DNA of 64,000 nt, taken from sequence record NC_010811.2; one strand, given 5' to 3'. Positions within the stretch are counted from its first letter, which is position 1; each line of letters opens with the position of its first letter. A program made the position numbers and the translations under genes. The notes below the pieces were generated by a model. The model was given only the letters and a program-made list of their open reading frames with translations, was not told where the DNA came from and did not search any database. Positions 9,780 through 19,134 of this stretch are shown one piece after another.

Positions 9780-9829
9780 TTGAGGTTGAACCTTTCGCGA
9801 ATAGGTTGAGTGTCAGTTGGTGACCCGCT

Positions 9830-10159
9830 TTATTTACTGGCGGGAACCGGGTCCAGGTTAAATGCCTGCCGCACAATACGCGCCAGTCGCCGGTGAGTAG
9901 CGGCGCACGTGTCATGCGTTGTGGCCCACGCACCAAGCAATTCCAACACCTGTTCCTTGTTGTAGGTGCGGAGTTCGGGACGCGGCAGCGGCTTGCAGTC
10001 TTCGAGCAGTCGCTCGTCGATATCCACGCTCGTCTTAACTTGGACCGTGGGCGTGGGCGGAGTGGGCACAACCGGCGCCGGAGCACAACCAGCCAGCAGC
10101 ACGATGAGCAAACTCACCAGCAGTGCAGTGAGTACGAACTTGAGATTGCCACGTTTCAT
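9830..10159 (-). CDS. o-spanin (Rz1-like lipoprotein)
   Basis: Signal peptide with lipobox LLAG-C, Pro-rich linker and two periplasmic Cys; downstream of an i-spanin-like gene. Confidence 0.75.
   Translation of the reverse strand: MKRGNLKFVLTALLVSLLIVLLAGCAPAPVVPTPPTPTVQVKTSVDIDERLLEDCKPLPRPELRTYNKEQVLELLGAWATTHDTCAATHRRLARIVRQAFNLDPVPASK
9831..9837 (-). promoter_or_regulatory. GTAAATA phage promoter motif
   Basis: CCAGTAAATA about 50 nt upstream of ATG 9779. Confidence 0.6.
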
Positions 10160-10235
10160 GTTGGCGGTCGGGTAAAAGAATTGATGAAGCTGATACACGC
10201 AGAACGCGATCAGTGCCAGTACGCCAGCGCCAAGC

Positions 10236-10703
10236 CTAATGAGGTCCCGGTCCATTTCCATTTGCTGTCCCCTGATTGAGTGGAGGTGCCTGCGGGCCAA
10301 ACACAGGGCTGGCGTCCAGCAGTTGATTGATGGCGTCGGCCATCGACGTATCGAATCCGCAGCTTGCAGCAGACTGCTTGTTCTGCGTGACGTACTTAGT
10401 GATCACCGTCTGTCGCTGCGCGGTGACGCGCTGCGTAAGATCCTGAATGGTGGCTGCATCCAGATGCGACTGCCGTTCCAGGTCGGCGATGCGCTTGTTG
10501 GTGGCTTGATGCTCGGCGTTCTGCTGATCGATCATCTGATTGATGGTCGTCTGCTGCGTGTTCCACGCTTCCTTGTGTCCAACGTCGTAGCCTTTGGCAT
10601 AGCCGCGACTGTTGCCAACAGAGTAGGCACCGACCACAGCGGTCACGAGGATGATGAGCATCGCGCCATACTTGGCCGCGTAACTAGCGAGAAATGGGGG
10701 CAT
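10236..10703 (-). CDS. i-spanin (Rz-like)
   Basis: N-terminal TM segment (MLIILVTAVVGAYSVG), long coiled coil and C-terminal Cys. Confidence 0.7.
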   Translation of the reverse strand: MPPFLASYAAKYGAMLIILVTAVVGAYSVGNSRGYAKGYDVGHKEAWNTQQTTINQMIDQQNAEHQATNKRIADLERQSHLDAATIQDLTQRVTAQRQTVITKYVTQNKQSAASCGFDTSMADAINQLLDASPVFGPQAPPLNQGTANGNGPGPH

Positions 10704-11001
10704 TGACAGCTCCTCGTTGATGGCTGAATTCCGGCAGCGGGTCACTGAATTGGTGACCATGCGCCACATAGTTTGCGCGGTAGTAGTTAAGGCACGCATC
10801 AGGGCCAAGCGCAGCGCACTCACGGAACTGAGTGCGGTGATCGCCGCGAAGGATGTAGAAGCGTTCCATGTTGCCGATTACCAGCGACGTCGTAACATCA
10901 CCGTACACTTCGGTGTCGGTGTCGTTGTAGCTGATGTAGAAGCCGTCGCCCTCCAGGATTAGGTTGGGGGCGCCCGGTGCACAAACCCATTCGAAGTTCA
11001 T
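10684..11001 (-). CDS. Hypothetical protein
   Basis: ORF between primase and spanins. Confidence 0.65.
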   Translation of the reverse strand: MNFEWVCAPGAPNLILEGDGFYISYNDTDTEVYGDVTTSLVIGNMERFYILRGDHRTQFRECAALGPDACLNYYRANYVAHGHQFSDPLPEFSHQRGAVNAPISR

Positions 11002-11010
11002 AGAATCTCC

Positions 11011-12042
11011 TCAAAAGAACTTGCTCTTCAATCGATCGATGATGTGCTGCGGGCAGTTGCCTGGATCCCACAACGCGACGCCAGCAGCCTTCGCTGCCTT
11101 AGACGGCGAAGGCTGGTCTTTGAACTTGAGCCAAGGACTGCCCTTCATTTCCCAGAGGCGAAGAGCGCGATACTGCATAAGCTGGCTTCGCTCGAATGAT
11201 TCGGTGATGCGATCGGTGGCAGCCAAACCCGCACAGTCGCCGTCCATGAACGTGATGCATCGGTCGACGCCACGTGCCTCGAGAATCTTGATCTTATCCA
11301 CACTCCAACTCTGCGTTCCGAAGATGCAGACTGCTGGAATACGGTTGGACAGCAGGCGCAGCGCATCACGTTGCCCTTCCACGAGCACGATGCTGGTAGA
11401 ACCCAGCTCTTCCATAAGTTGGATGCTGTAGTTCAATGGCCATAGACCGTGAGTCTTAGACCATGTGCTGGCCGCTGATTTAGCCAGAAGATAGCTGGGT
11501 TTGTCCTCTTCCTTCTTCAATCGTGCCAGGAAGTAACCTACCTGCTGATCACCAATCTGCACCGGGAAGTGGATGAACTTCTTACCATAGCAGTGATAGT
11601 CCTCCAGCCACTTGCGAGCCAGACGCCCTCCCAACTTGATGAGCAGGTCCGTGGAGATGCCGCGCCACTTCTTGCCAGCGGGCAGCGGGCTGAACTTGAA
11701 CTCATCCCTCACGAACTTGTCGCTCGACATGAGTAGATTCATGCCCTTGTCTATCTGCAAGTCCTGGGCCATGCGTACGCTGGGGGCCTGTCGGGTGAAT
11801 GGCTCCAATCCAAGTAGAGGCGCCACCTTATCCCACGTATGGCCTTTCTCGCATGCGAAGCAGTAGAAGGATCCAGGACTGTACTTGCCATCCCCAACCG
11901 TGACGAACGCGCTAGGCGTGTTCTCGCTGTGGAACGGACACAGAATCATCATCCGGTGTCCGGTCTCCTTCTTCACTCCGCTGTAGCGCGCCATCTGCTG
12001 GCGCACAAACTGCAACTTCTCTTGTCTAGTTAGCGGATCCAT
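11011..12042 (-). CDS. dnaG: DNA primase (CHC2 zinc finger + Toprim)
   Basis: CPFHSENTPS...FYCFAC, VLVEGQRDALRL, FMDGDCAG. Confidence 0.9.
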   Translation of the reverse strand: MDPLTRQEKLQFVRQQMARYSGVKKETGHRMMILCPFHSENTPSAFVTVGDGKYSPGSFYCFACEKGHTWDKVAPLLGLEPFTRQAPSVRMAQDLQIDKGMNLLMSSDKFVRDEFKFSPLPAGKKWRGISTDLLIKLGGRLARKWLEDYHCYGKKFIHFPVQIGDQQVGYFLARLKKEEDKPSYLLAKSAASTWSKTHGLWPLNYSIQLMEELGSTSIVLVEGQRDALRLLSNRIPAVCIFGTQSWSVDKIKILEARGVDRCITFMDGDCAGLAATDRITESFERSQLMQYRALRLWEMKGSPWLKFKDQPSPSKAAKAAGVALWDPGNCPQHIIDRLKSKFF

Positions 12043-12053
12043 ACCCAATCACA

Positions 12054-12746
12054 CTACGTCAGTTCTCGGGTCAACGTGGGCACTTCGGGGTCTTTGAACA
12101 GGTAATGCTCAAGGCTGTTGAAGCATTTGAGGACGCCGTCCACTCCCGTATGCGTTTGACTCCACTTCCACCACTTGCCGCACAGTGCTTGGCTGTATAG
12201 GAAGAGGGGCCGATCGTTCAGGTCAGGGAAGCGGTAATACACGTAACGAGGGAAGTCGTGCTGCCGAGTGTCCTGCACGAACCACTGATCCGTGGTCAGC
12301 ACCAAGCGCACGCCGTTGTTCACGGTGTCGTACACGCCAATCACGTACACAGTGCGCCCTCGCGTCATGACTGCTAGATGCCCATGCTGCCCGCTGTTCA
12401 CCATGAACGAGGTGAACAGCCAGCTATGCAGAAGAATCTGCTGCTGGATGCGATGCAGCTTGTACAACTGGCGGCTGGACTCGAACTCGGCTTCCATCAA
12501 CGGAAGCCGCTCCTCCAGCACACTATTTACTGCTTCGGGCGTGGATCCAACCGTGAACACCGAGAACGACTTGGCACGCTGGGGCACGTGAATAGCGACA
12601 GGCGGCACTTGTGCGGCTTGCACCTGACACTCGCCACGATAGCGGTGAGGGGTGTGGTTCCACGTGTGTGGGTCTTCAAACTGGGGGAAATTAGACTGCG
12701 GTCCGTTGGCGGACAGCACAAGGCTTGCGTATAACTGGCGAGCCAT
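12054..12746 (-). CDS. Hypothetical protein
   Basis: 230-aa ORF in the replication operon. Confidence 0.7.
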   Translation of the reverse strand: MARQLYASLVLSANGPQSNFPQFEDPHTWNHTPHRYRGECQVQAAQVPPVAIHVPQRAKSFSVFTVGSTPEAVNSVLEERLPLMEAEFESSRQLYKLHRIQQQILLHSWLFTSFMVNSGQHGHLAVMTRGRTVYVIGVYDTVNNGVRLVLTTDQWFVQDTRQHDFPRYVYYRFPDLNDRPLFLYSQALCGKWWKWSQTHTGVDGVLKCFNSLEHYLFKDPEVPTLTRELT

Positions 12747-12755
12747 AGAAACCTC

Positions 12756-13139
12756 TCAGTGGGTCGTGGCGCGCACCTGAAAGTCAGGAAGCGGGTCGTT
12801 GTTGATGAGCCCTCCAAACTGAAGGGCCAGTTCCTCTGGATCAGCGATATCCAGTGTCGTGATGTAGGACACTATCCAATTGGTCGCCCGTTCGATGTCG
12901 CGAGTGAAGAGCAGGTTGCTCCACACCTCGCGCACGAAGATCGAATAGTAGTAAGAAGACGCCGGGGACAGTTCAACTATCAAGATCTGGTAGTTGGCCC
13001 ACCCCGTGTCCACTTGTCGAGCCATCACCGCGTAGGTTGCATACGGATGTTGCTCCAAGTCGCTTATCACGTACTCCAATTCGCCAACCCGATTCACTGC
13101 ATACCGTTCGCTGACGGCATCGGTATCGGTCATTGTCAC
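12756..13139 (-). CDS. Hypothetical protein
   Basis: Overlaps the polymerase stop. Confidence 0.65.
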   Translation of the reverse strand: MTMTDTDAVSERYAVNRVGELEYVISDLEQHPYATYAVMARQVDTGWANYQILIVELSPASSYYYSIFVREVWSNLLFTRDIERATNWIVSYITTLDIADPEELALQFGGLINNDPLPDFQVRATTH

Positions 13140-16100
13140 TCCATGAACTCTGCAACAGCTTCGGAGATCTGGCGATCAAGGTCTGTGACCCCCAGCAGCG
13201 GATAGCTCTTCTGCAGAGCACGGCGTACCTTCGGATCAGTCCACGGCCGGAACACGCGGCGCAGCACGTCTTCCTTCTTGCCCTCCAGCACACCCAGCTT
13301 CTCGGCGTCGTCAACAGCCGCCTTCAAGTGAGCGACCAGCTCCTTCACGTCCCACGACCACTTGCGGCTCTTGTCGTCGGACACACCGATTTCGCACTCG
13401 ATCTCAGGAGCAATCGTCCACTTGAAGTTGAACGCCTTCTCGTAGGCAGCTTGCACGCCGTACGTTGCTTGATACTGCAAGATGTGGATGAAGGGGATCA
13501 CCATATCGTAGGGAACCATCTTGTACAACGCATCGTGCACTGCGCGTTGACTGAACACCCGCAGCTCCCAATCCGAACGATCGATGCCCAGCATTTTCTT
13601 GAGCTTCGGTAGCCGCTTGTAGTACTCCGTGATGATCAAGCGATCTGCCTTGTTGCCGATCTCGCTGGCCACCCCTTGGATTGGCGCGTTGGTGCCACGC
13701 CGCACCTGCTTGCTGATGATTCGCTTGTCACCGGTCATGGCGGCGTACAGGTGACGAACGCGGCCATTGAACGAGTAGACGTAGAACTTCTCTTCAGCCA
13801 TCTTGGACATGCGCTGAATCCAGCGGTGACCCGCCTTAAATTCACCGAACATCTTGTCGACGATGCCTTGCGCGTATTCCGAGCGATCTTCGTTGAACAG
13901 GGCGGTCAGCTTGTCGTCCAGCTCTTCCAGCATCTCGTTGATGCGCGCCAGCCGCTTCGCGTCCTTGCACGTCAAGCTCTCGTCGTACAGCTTGGCAACC
14001 TCAGCGCGCAGACTGGAGATGTCGCCTTCCTTGGTATCCTCGCCCAGTGTCTCAGCGCCCTTGCCATAAATCACGCCGAACACAACCTTCTTAACAGCGT
14101 CACGCAGTGGGTGATCCTTGTCCACCAGCTTCTTGAAGAAGCGCTGCACGTTGAGAATGTGGAAGTCACCCTTCTCCTTCAGCGCCTTCTTGTTGGCGTC
14201 CGACGGATCTTGAATGAATGCCTGACGCAGCTCAAGGCCAGTGCGGAACGCGGCGGCGATCACCTTGTCGCCGGACGCCACACTCCAGATACGAACTTCA
14301 TGTGCCGAATAGTCGAAGCGCACCAGCAGGTAGCCGGGGCGCGCAACGAACAGCGTCTTCAACAGTTTGGACAGCGGCCCGCGACTTGGGATCTGCTGGA
14401 GGTTAGGGTCCTTGGAACCCAAACGACCAGTATCCACAAGGAAGTAGTCAGCGCGCAGGCTGTCGTCAGTGGACTCGTCAAGCGCGGTGTTCAACCGACG
14501 CGACCATGCCTTGACGTAGGTGGAGATCACCTTGGTCAGCGCCTGATACTCGCCATACAGCGCCACCACCTTGTTCTTGTCCTTGTAGTGCTTGATGAAC
14601 TCCTTGTCGATCTGCGGCTTGCCCGTGATCTTGGACATGGACAGCGGTTCCAAGCCCAGCACGTCGAAGAACAGCTTGGCCTTGTGGTCAGGCTTCGTGG
14701 GTTGGAAGATCCACTTGTCGCTAACGCCACCAAACAACGACTTGGCCTTGAACCCAGAGTCGCTCAGCAGTTCTTTGTTGGCTTTGCGCACTTCGTTCAT
14801 GAGACGCAACTGGTCTAGGGTCTTCGCCATCATCTCGCGCAGTGGGCTCTTCGGCCCCATCAGATGCTTGAGCGCCGGGCGCGACAGACTGCTGCCGTCG
14901 TTGCGCATGTGTGACAGCGCGTGCGCCGTATCGCTCATCTGCTGCTCCATGTGACGAACGAAGTACGGCGCGAAGCTCTGGCCATCGATCTCCATGTACG
15001 AAGCACGCTTGATCTGCATCTGACGGATGTGCGCAATCGACACGGTGTCGGTCGACGCATACTCCAGGAAGTCAGGGTTGTCTGGCTTCACCTGTCCACT
15101 AGTGCTACGCTGCGCCTTGGAGAAGGCCGCAGTGTAGTAGTGGTCGTTGCCGTAGCTGGTAAAGATCGGAGCCAAACCACCATACGTCGCTTTCTTCCCG
15201 TCAGGGTTCACGGCATTGGACGCCGCGTTCAGTAGGCTGGCGTTCTCGTCAAGGCTGTGCTCCGCGAACATGATTTCCCACACCGGCAACCACATGATGG
15301 GAATGCGCAGAATCTGGCGGATCACGCGCAAGTCAAACATGTGGCCGTTGAAGGTGATGAGCAAGGGACCGGTCTTGGCCGCGAACCGCTGGCGCAGCTC
15401 ACGCTTGATGTACTGACGTTCTTCCTTCGACCAGTGAGTAAGCGGATGGTCGATAGCCAACACATAACCCGCGTTGGGATTGTGATTGGTGGTGAACTGC
15501 ATCGTGTAGATGCGGTTGTGCAAGCTGCTCAGGTTCTTGGTTTCGGTATCCAGTGCGCAGTATTCGGCAGTGTCAAACCGCTTCATCAGCTTGTCGAACT
15601 GGTCGATAGTCTTGATGAAGCGAGGCTCTGCCTTGACATGCGCCAGCGAGAACGGATGATGCTCGATCAGCAACTGCGCAAGGTGACGCGTCCAGAAGCC
15701 GAGCAAGTTGGCCAGTGCCCCATTCTTATCCAGCAGCCGGGCAAAGTCCAGGGTGGACGCGGCCTTGAACGAGAAGTCATCTTCCTTCAGCGTATGAATC
15801 CAACCCCGCTTGTAATGACCGTACGCAATCTGCGGATAGGTGACGGACAGCGCCTCGTCACCTGAGAACAGAACGTGCGTGGGGCGAAGCTTGCGAATCA
15901 TCTGGCGCAGACGGTCAGCGAATACCAGTTCCGCGTCGTGGCGCCCACGTGACGACATGTGCAGATGGCGTGCCGCGTTGAAATTGGCCACGGCCAAAGC
16001 ATATTCAGGTACCGTCTTGTCGGTACCGCGTAGGTAGGTCTGCGCCGTTTTGCGCGCATACTTGTATGCGTTGCGGAATGCAGTGAACGTGCCAACGTCG

Positions 16101-16288
16101 CCCAGCAATTCGCCTTCCTTGCCCGTACGTTCAGACGGCAGATCGCGACTGTCCACTGATTGGAACACGATGAGCAACCTGCGCTTGGACTGCTTCCAGT
16201 CACTGTCCATCTTCAGCAGCAGGTTGTAGGGAGCATTCCGCTTGAAGAACTCGTTCTGAATCTCGAAGCGAAACTGTTTGTCAAGCAT
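13136..16288 (-). CDS. polA: Family A DNA polymerase with 3'-5' exonuclease and N-terminal UDG-like domain
   Basis: Exo I LDTET; motif A DYSAHEVR; motif B RDAVKKVVFGVIYG; motif C VHDA; N-terminal LRPTHVLFSGDEAL. Confidence 0.92.
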   Translation of the reverse strand: MLDKQFRFEIQNEFFKRNAPYNLLLKMDSDWKQSKRRLLIVFQSVDSRDLPSERTGKEGELLGDVGTFTAFRNAYKYARKTAQTYLRGTDKTVPEYALAVANFNAARHLHMSSRGRHDAELVFADRLRQMIRKLRPTHVLFSGDEALSVTYPQIAYGHYKRGWIHTLKEDDFSFKAASTLDFARLLDKNGALANLLGFWTRHLAQLLIEHHPFSLAHVKAEPRFIKTIDQFDKLMKRFDTAEYCALDTETKNLSSLHNRIYTMQFTTNHNPNAGYVLAIDHPLTHWSKEERQYIKRELRQRFAAKTGPLLITFNGHMFDLRVIRQILRIPIMWLPVWEIMFAEHSLDENASLLNAASNAVNPDGKKATYGGLAPIFTSYGNDHYYTAAFSKAQRSTSGQVKPDNPDFLEYASTDTVSIAHIRQMQIKRASYMEIDGQSFAPYFVRHMEQQMSDTAHALSHMRNDGSSLSRPALKHLMGPKSPLREMMAKTLDQLRLMNEVRKANKELLSDSGFKAKSLFGGVSDKWIFQPTKPDHKAKLFFDVLGLEPLSMSKITGKPQIDKEFIKHYKDKNKVVALYGEYQALTKVISTYVKAWSRRLNTALDESTDDSLRADYFLVDTGRLGSKDPNLQQIPSRGPLSKLLKTLFVARPGYLLVRFDYSAHEVRIWSVASGDKVIAAAFRTGLELRQAFIQDPSDANKKALKEKGDFHILNVQRFFKKLVDKDHPLRDAVKKVVFGVIYGKGAETLGEDTKEGDISSLRAEVAKLYDESLTCKDAKRLARINEMLEELDDKLTALFNEDRSEYAQGIVDKMFGEFKAGHRWIQRMSKMAEEKFYVYSFNGRVRHLYAAMTGDKRIISKQVRRGTNAPIQGVASEIGNKADRLIITEYYKRLPKLKKMLGIDRSDWELRVFSQRAVHDALYKMVPYDMVIPFIHILQYQATYGVQAAYEKAFNFKWTIAPEIECEIGVSDDKSRKWSWDVKELVAHLKAAVDDAEKLGVLEGKKEDVLRRVFRPWTDPKVRRALQKSYPLLGVTDLDRQISEAVAEFME

Positions 16289-16313
16289 TTGAACCTCGTG
16301 GGCTGTGTGTTAC

Positions 16314-16658
16314 TTAGTGGGTGTCCTTGGTGTCCAGCACCAGACGCCCCGAATTCTTGCGTACCTGAATGGCCTTGTCGTCAAAGATCTGCACGCAGTG
16401 CCGATCCTTGATGCAGGTAATGGGCAACACCTGACCGAGGTGTTCGTGGCACCATGCCTCGATGGCCCTCACCTTTTCGGGCGACGATTCAGCAACTCGC
16501 GCAGTGAAGATGCGAACGTCACGGCCTTCCGTCAGCCAGCGCTGAACGCGCTTCACCATGATGAGAATGGGCTTTCCAATGTGCGTGGGGCCACGGTACT
16601 TGTCGTAATACGCCAAGGTACCATCAAGGTCCACGCCAATCCAACCGCGTTCGCTCAT
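16314..16658 (-). CDS. HAD-superfamily small phosphatase-like protein
   Basis: GVDLDGTLA...RIFTAR...IFDDK. Confidence 0.7.
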   Translation of the reverse strand: MSERGWIGVDLDGTLAYYDKYRGPTHIGKPILIMVKRVQRWLTEGRDVRIFTARVAESSPEKVRAIEAWCHEHLGQVLPITCIKDRHCVQIFDDKAIQVRKNSGRLVLDTKDTH

Positions 16659-16676
16659 GATCCATTCTCCAAAATG

Positions 16677-16705
16677 AAAAAGCCCAGTAGCAGGGCCACT
16701 GGGCT
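16677..16705 (-). terminator. Rho-independent terminator
   Basis: AGCCCAGT/ACTGGGCT stem followed by a T-run on the - strand; a GTAAATA motif (16706-16712) abuts it. Confidence 0.7.
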
Positions 16706-16716
16706 TATTTACCGCC

Positions 16717-17808
16717 TTACTTGTGATGTGCGAGAAACGACAGCCAATCGCGCTCCGATCGCTTGTCGTAGCCGCGCAACCCCATGGCGTTGAGGTTCAG
16801 TCGCGGGAAGCGTCGCTTCATACACAGCGCACGATCCATGACCGCGGCAATGCTGTCAGACGACGTGGGATCCGCTTGGTACAGCATGTTGAGCCACGTG
16901 ATCTCGCGGCTGCCGATCGTAGGCACGCCCAACACCACGGCGTCGGCCGCTACGATGTTGAACGTTTCCGAGAACGACACCTGCGTCACCAAGTCCATGG
17001 ACGCCACAAGCTCTTTGAACTTGGCGTGCACCATCCACGGATGTTCGACCAGCTCGTGTTGCGGGTAGTGCTTGAACATCAGGCGCAGATTCTTGAGGAT
17101 CTGATCGCCGTTCATCTCGATGCGACCGCCGTTGATGTGGAAGCGCAGGCGACGATTGAGCCGGGCTGCCAGCTTCAGCGCGCCAATCGCCTGTTCCATG
17201 TGGTTCTTCAACGGACGTACGGCACCAAAGCACCCGATGTCCAGCGTGTCGCAGTGGTCCGGCTTCATCTCTCCGTCAACGAGATGCGTTGTCGGATAGT
17301 AGTTGGGCAGGTATGCGACCTTGGAGGCGATGTGTTCTGGCGTCCACGAGGGGTTCGCCATCTGCACTAGATGCAGGGTTTCCTCGTACATGCGCGGGCT
17401 ATTGGCCGACATGACGACATTGGGACGCTGCACGTACTTCAGCATCCAGTCGAAGGCGATCCCTTCCTGGGCTAGGAATGGAGTCTCCGAGTGATTGCGG
17501 ATCACATACTTGATCTTGGGGTTGACCGACAGCAGCTCGTCGAATTTCTCCGGCACAACCCAGAAGGCTTCAACGATCACTACCTCAGCCTGGAAGGCCA
17601 TCGCTTCCCGGTAGATCGTCGAATTGTCTTGCACGTGAACCAGCTTCACTGGCACGCCGTGTTGCATCAGCATGTCGACAACCATGCGAGCGCTATTGAA
17701 CAGGCCGCTGCTCAGCGGCTTCTTGCCGTCGCTGTAGCACCAGCTATTGATGTCGTTGTAGTCGCTATCGCGATACTTGAGGACGAAGAGGGTGCGTGGG
17801 TACGTCAT
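16717..17808 (-). CDS. GT-B fold glycosyltransferase (GT4-like)
   Basis: IGCFGAVRPLKN...SFSETFNIVAADAVVLGVPTIGS. Confidence 0.8.
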   Translation of the reverse strand: MTYPRTLFVLKYRDSDYNDINSWCYSDGKKPLSSGLFNSARMVVDMLMQHGVPVKLVHVQDNSTIYREAMAFQAEVVIVEAFWVVPEKFDELLSVNPKIKYVIRNHSETPFLAQEGIAFDWMLKYVQRPNVVMSANSPRMYEETLHLVQMANPSWTPEHIASKVAYLPNYYPTTHLVDGEMKPDHCDTLDIGCFGAVRPLKNHMEQAIGALKLAARLNRRLRFHINGGRIEMNGDQILKNLRLMFKHYPQHELVEHPWMVHAKFKELVASMDLVTQVSFSETFNIVAADAVVLGVPTIGSREITWLNMLYQADPTSSDSIAAVMDRALCMKRRFPRLNLNAMGLRGYDKRSERDWLSFLAHHK

Positions 17809-17873
17809 GAACTACTCCAAATGTTGGGACCATCAGGGAACTCCTTGCATCTTGTTCTTGTGCTACATCAAAT

Positions 17874-18608
17874 TCAGGGGTGGTAGTTGAGGAGCGACCA
17901 ATAGTCGGCAGCATTGCCAATGTCCAGCACCACCTTGTTGGAGTAGCGAGTAACGTCGGCACCCAGACACTTGAGCGCGGGTCCGCCGCTGTACAACACG
18001 AGAGGCGCGTCCAATCCGATGATGTGTTCCACGGCCTCGTCCAGCTGACGCCAGTTGTTGAGCTCGAAGTAGTGCACACGCACGCCCAGCACATCACGGC
18101 AGCGAATCTGGAGTGCGTCGGCCAAGCCGCGTGACGCGTGCAGGAAGATGAGGGACCCCGCCGTCTTGTACAGTTCGGCCTGCGCCTGCTGCGTCCACAC
18201 GTTGACGAAGAAGTTGTCAACGTACTGCTCGCGCGGACGGAACAGGTCATGAACGCTGTAGTACGGCTGCGTGATGCCCGAGATGTTGGGCGCGAAATAG
18301 TCGCTGTCGTTACCAGCGGACAACAGGCGGCGATGGAGTTCGCCGTAGGTGATGCCTTCGATGCCCATGCGCTTGCGCCACGCTTCGTCGTAGTCAGAGA
18401 CCATGGAGTCTGCGGCACGCCACCGTTTAGAGGCATCGGCACAGGATTCCATCAACTGACGTTCACCATCGCCCATGCGAGCGACGCTCAGTGATCGGTT
18501 GTTGATCAGCGCGTCACCCACCAGATAGTAGAAGGCCCATGCACTCATGGTGCGATTGGCAATGTCGACGGCACGTTCAGACAGCGAGGATAGGACCATT
18601 CCGGACAT
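17874..18608 (-). CDS. GT-D fold glycosyltransferase-like protein
   Basis: SLSVARMGDGE...LVLYSGGP...VLDIGNAAD motifs of the GT-D (DUF1792-like) family. Confidence 0.65.
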   Translation of the reverse strand: MSGMVLSSLSERAVDIANRTMSAWAFYYLVGDALINNRSLSVARMGDGERQLMESCADASKRWRAADSMVSDYDEAWRKRMGIEGITYGELHRRLLSAGNDSDYFAPNISGITQPYYSVHDLFRPREQYVDNFFVNVWTQQAQAELYKTAGSLIFLHASRGLADALQIRCRDVLGVRVHYFELNNWRQLDEAVEHIIGLDAPLVLYSGGPALKCLGADVTRYSNKVVLDIGNAADYWSLLNYHP

Positions 18609-18625
18609 GTTGATGCTCCTTAGTC

Positions 18626-18656
18626 AAAAAGAAAGGGGACCCAATGAGGGTCCCCT
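18626..18656 (-). terminator. Rho-independent terminator
   Basis: AGGGGACCC/GGGTCCCCT stem followed by TTTCTTTTT on the - strand. Confidence 0.8.
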
Positions 18657-18657
18657 G

Positions 18658-18903
18658 TTATGCGCGTGACTGCAGTTCGAGGACAGTGTCGTCGTCTGCA
18701 AACTGATCGAAGTAATGGTACTCAGGGCACCGAAGTGAGTAATGCCCGCCGCAGGAATCACACGCGGCTTCGCAGATGCGCCAGTCTTCCACAGGGTGGA
18801 ACTTGTCGCATTCTGGACATTTCAGATCGTGCTCGGTGAGTGTCGGTGGACCATCCAGTAATGGACCGTGATCCTGAATGAAATCGTACACGGTAATGGT
18901 CAT
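18658..18903 (-). CDS. Small Zn-ribbon protein
   Basis: CPEC...CDSCGGH...CPEYH; ATG 18903. Confidence 0.65.
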   Translation of the reverse strand: MTITVYDFIQDHGPLLDGPPTLTEHDLKCPECDKFHPVEDWRICEAACDSCGGHYSLRCPEYHYFDQFADDDTVLELQSRA

Positions 18904-18919
18904 AGACACCTCGGTGTTA

Positions 18920-19038
18920 TGGAGTCGCGCCCCGAATCGAACGGGATGGGATGTAGCTGAATTCAACCAGACCAACGTGCGGCCGCACGCCTACACCTCT
19001 TATGTATTCATACCAGCAGCCTACTGGACTCACGCGAC
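18920..19038 (-). ncRNA. 119-nt tRNA-like RNA with expanded D region and branched insert replacing the anticodon loop
   Basis: GTCGCGT/GCGCGAC acceptor stem, CCCG-TTCGATT-CGGG T arm, encoded T-CCA; starts 7 nt after the tRNA-Gly CCA. Confidence 0.7.
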
Positions 19039-19045
19039 AAAGACT

Positions 19046-19121
19046 TGGAGCGGGCGACGAGACTCGAACTCGCGACATCTTGCTTGGAAGGCAAGAACTC
19101 TACCAACTGAGCTACGCCCGC
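19046..19121 (-). tRNA. trnG: tRNA-Gly(TCC)
   Basis: GCGGGCGTAGCTCAGTTGGTAGAGTTCTTGCCTTCCAAGCAAGATGTCGCGAGTTCGAGTCTCGTCGCCCGCTCCA; canonical 76-nt cloverleaf with CCA. Confidence 0.95.
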
Positions 19122-19134
19122 AGAAACTGAAACA

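Noticed and set aside
7512-9809. Long + strand ORF (765 aa) and similar antisense ORFs (e.g. 55019-57430 on the - strand, 13676-14818)
   Set aside because: These are shadows of strongly codon-biased genes on the opposite strand, with no motifs or SD.
18920-19038. tmRNA or tRNA-Sec call
   Set aside because: Too short for tmRNA, no G3-U70 pair and no tag ORF; acceptor/T geometry (7/4) and D region do not fit bacterial tRNA-Sec (8/5).
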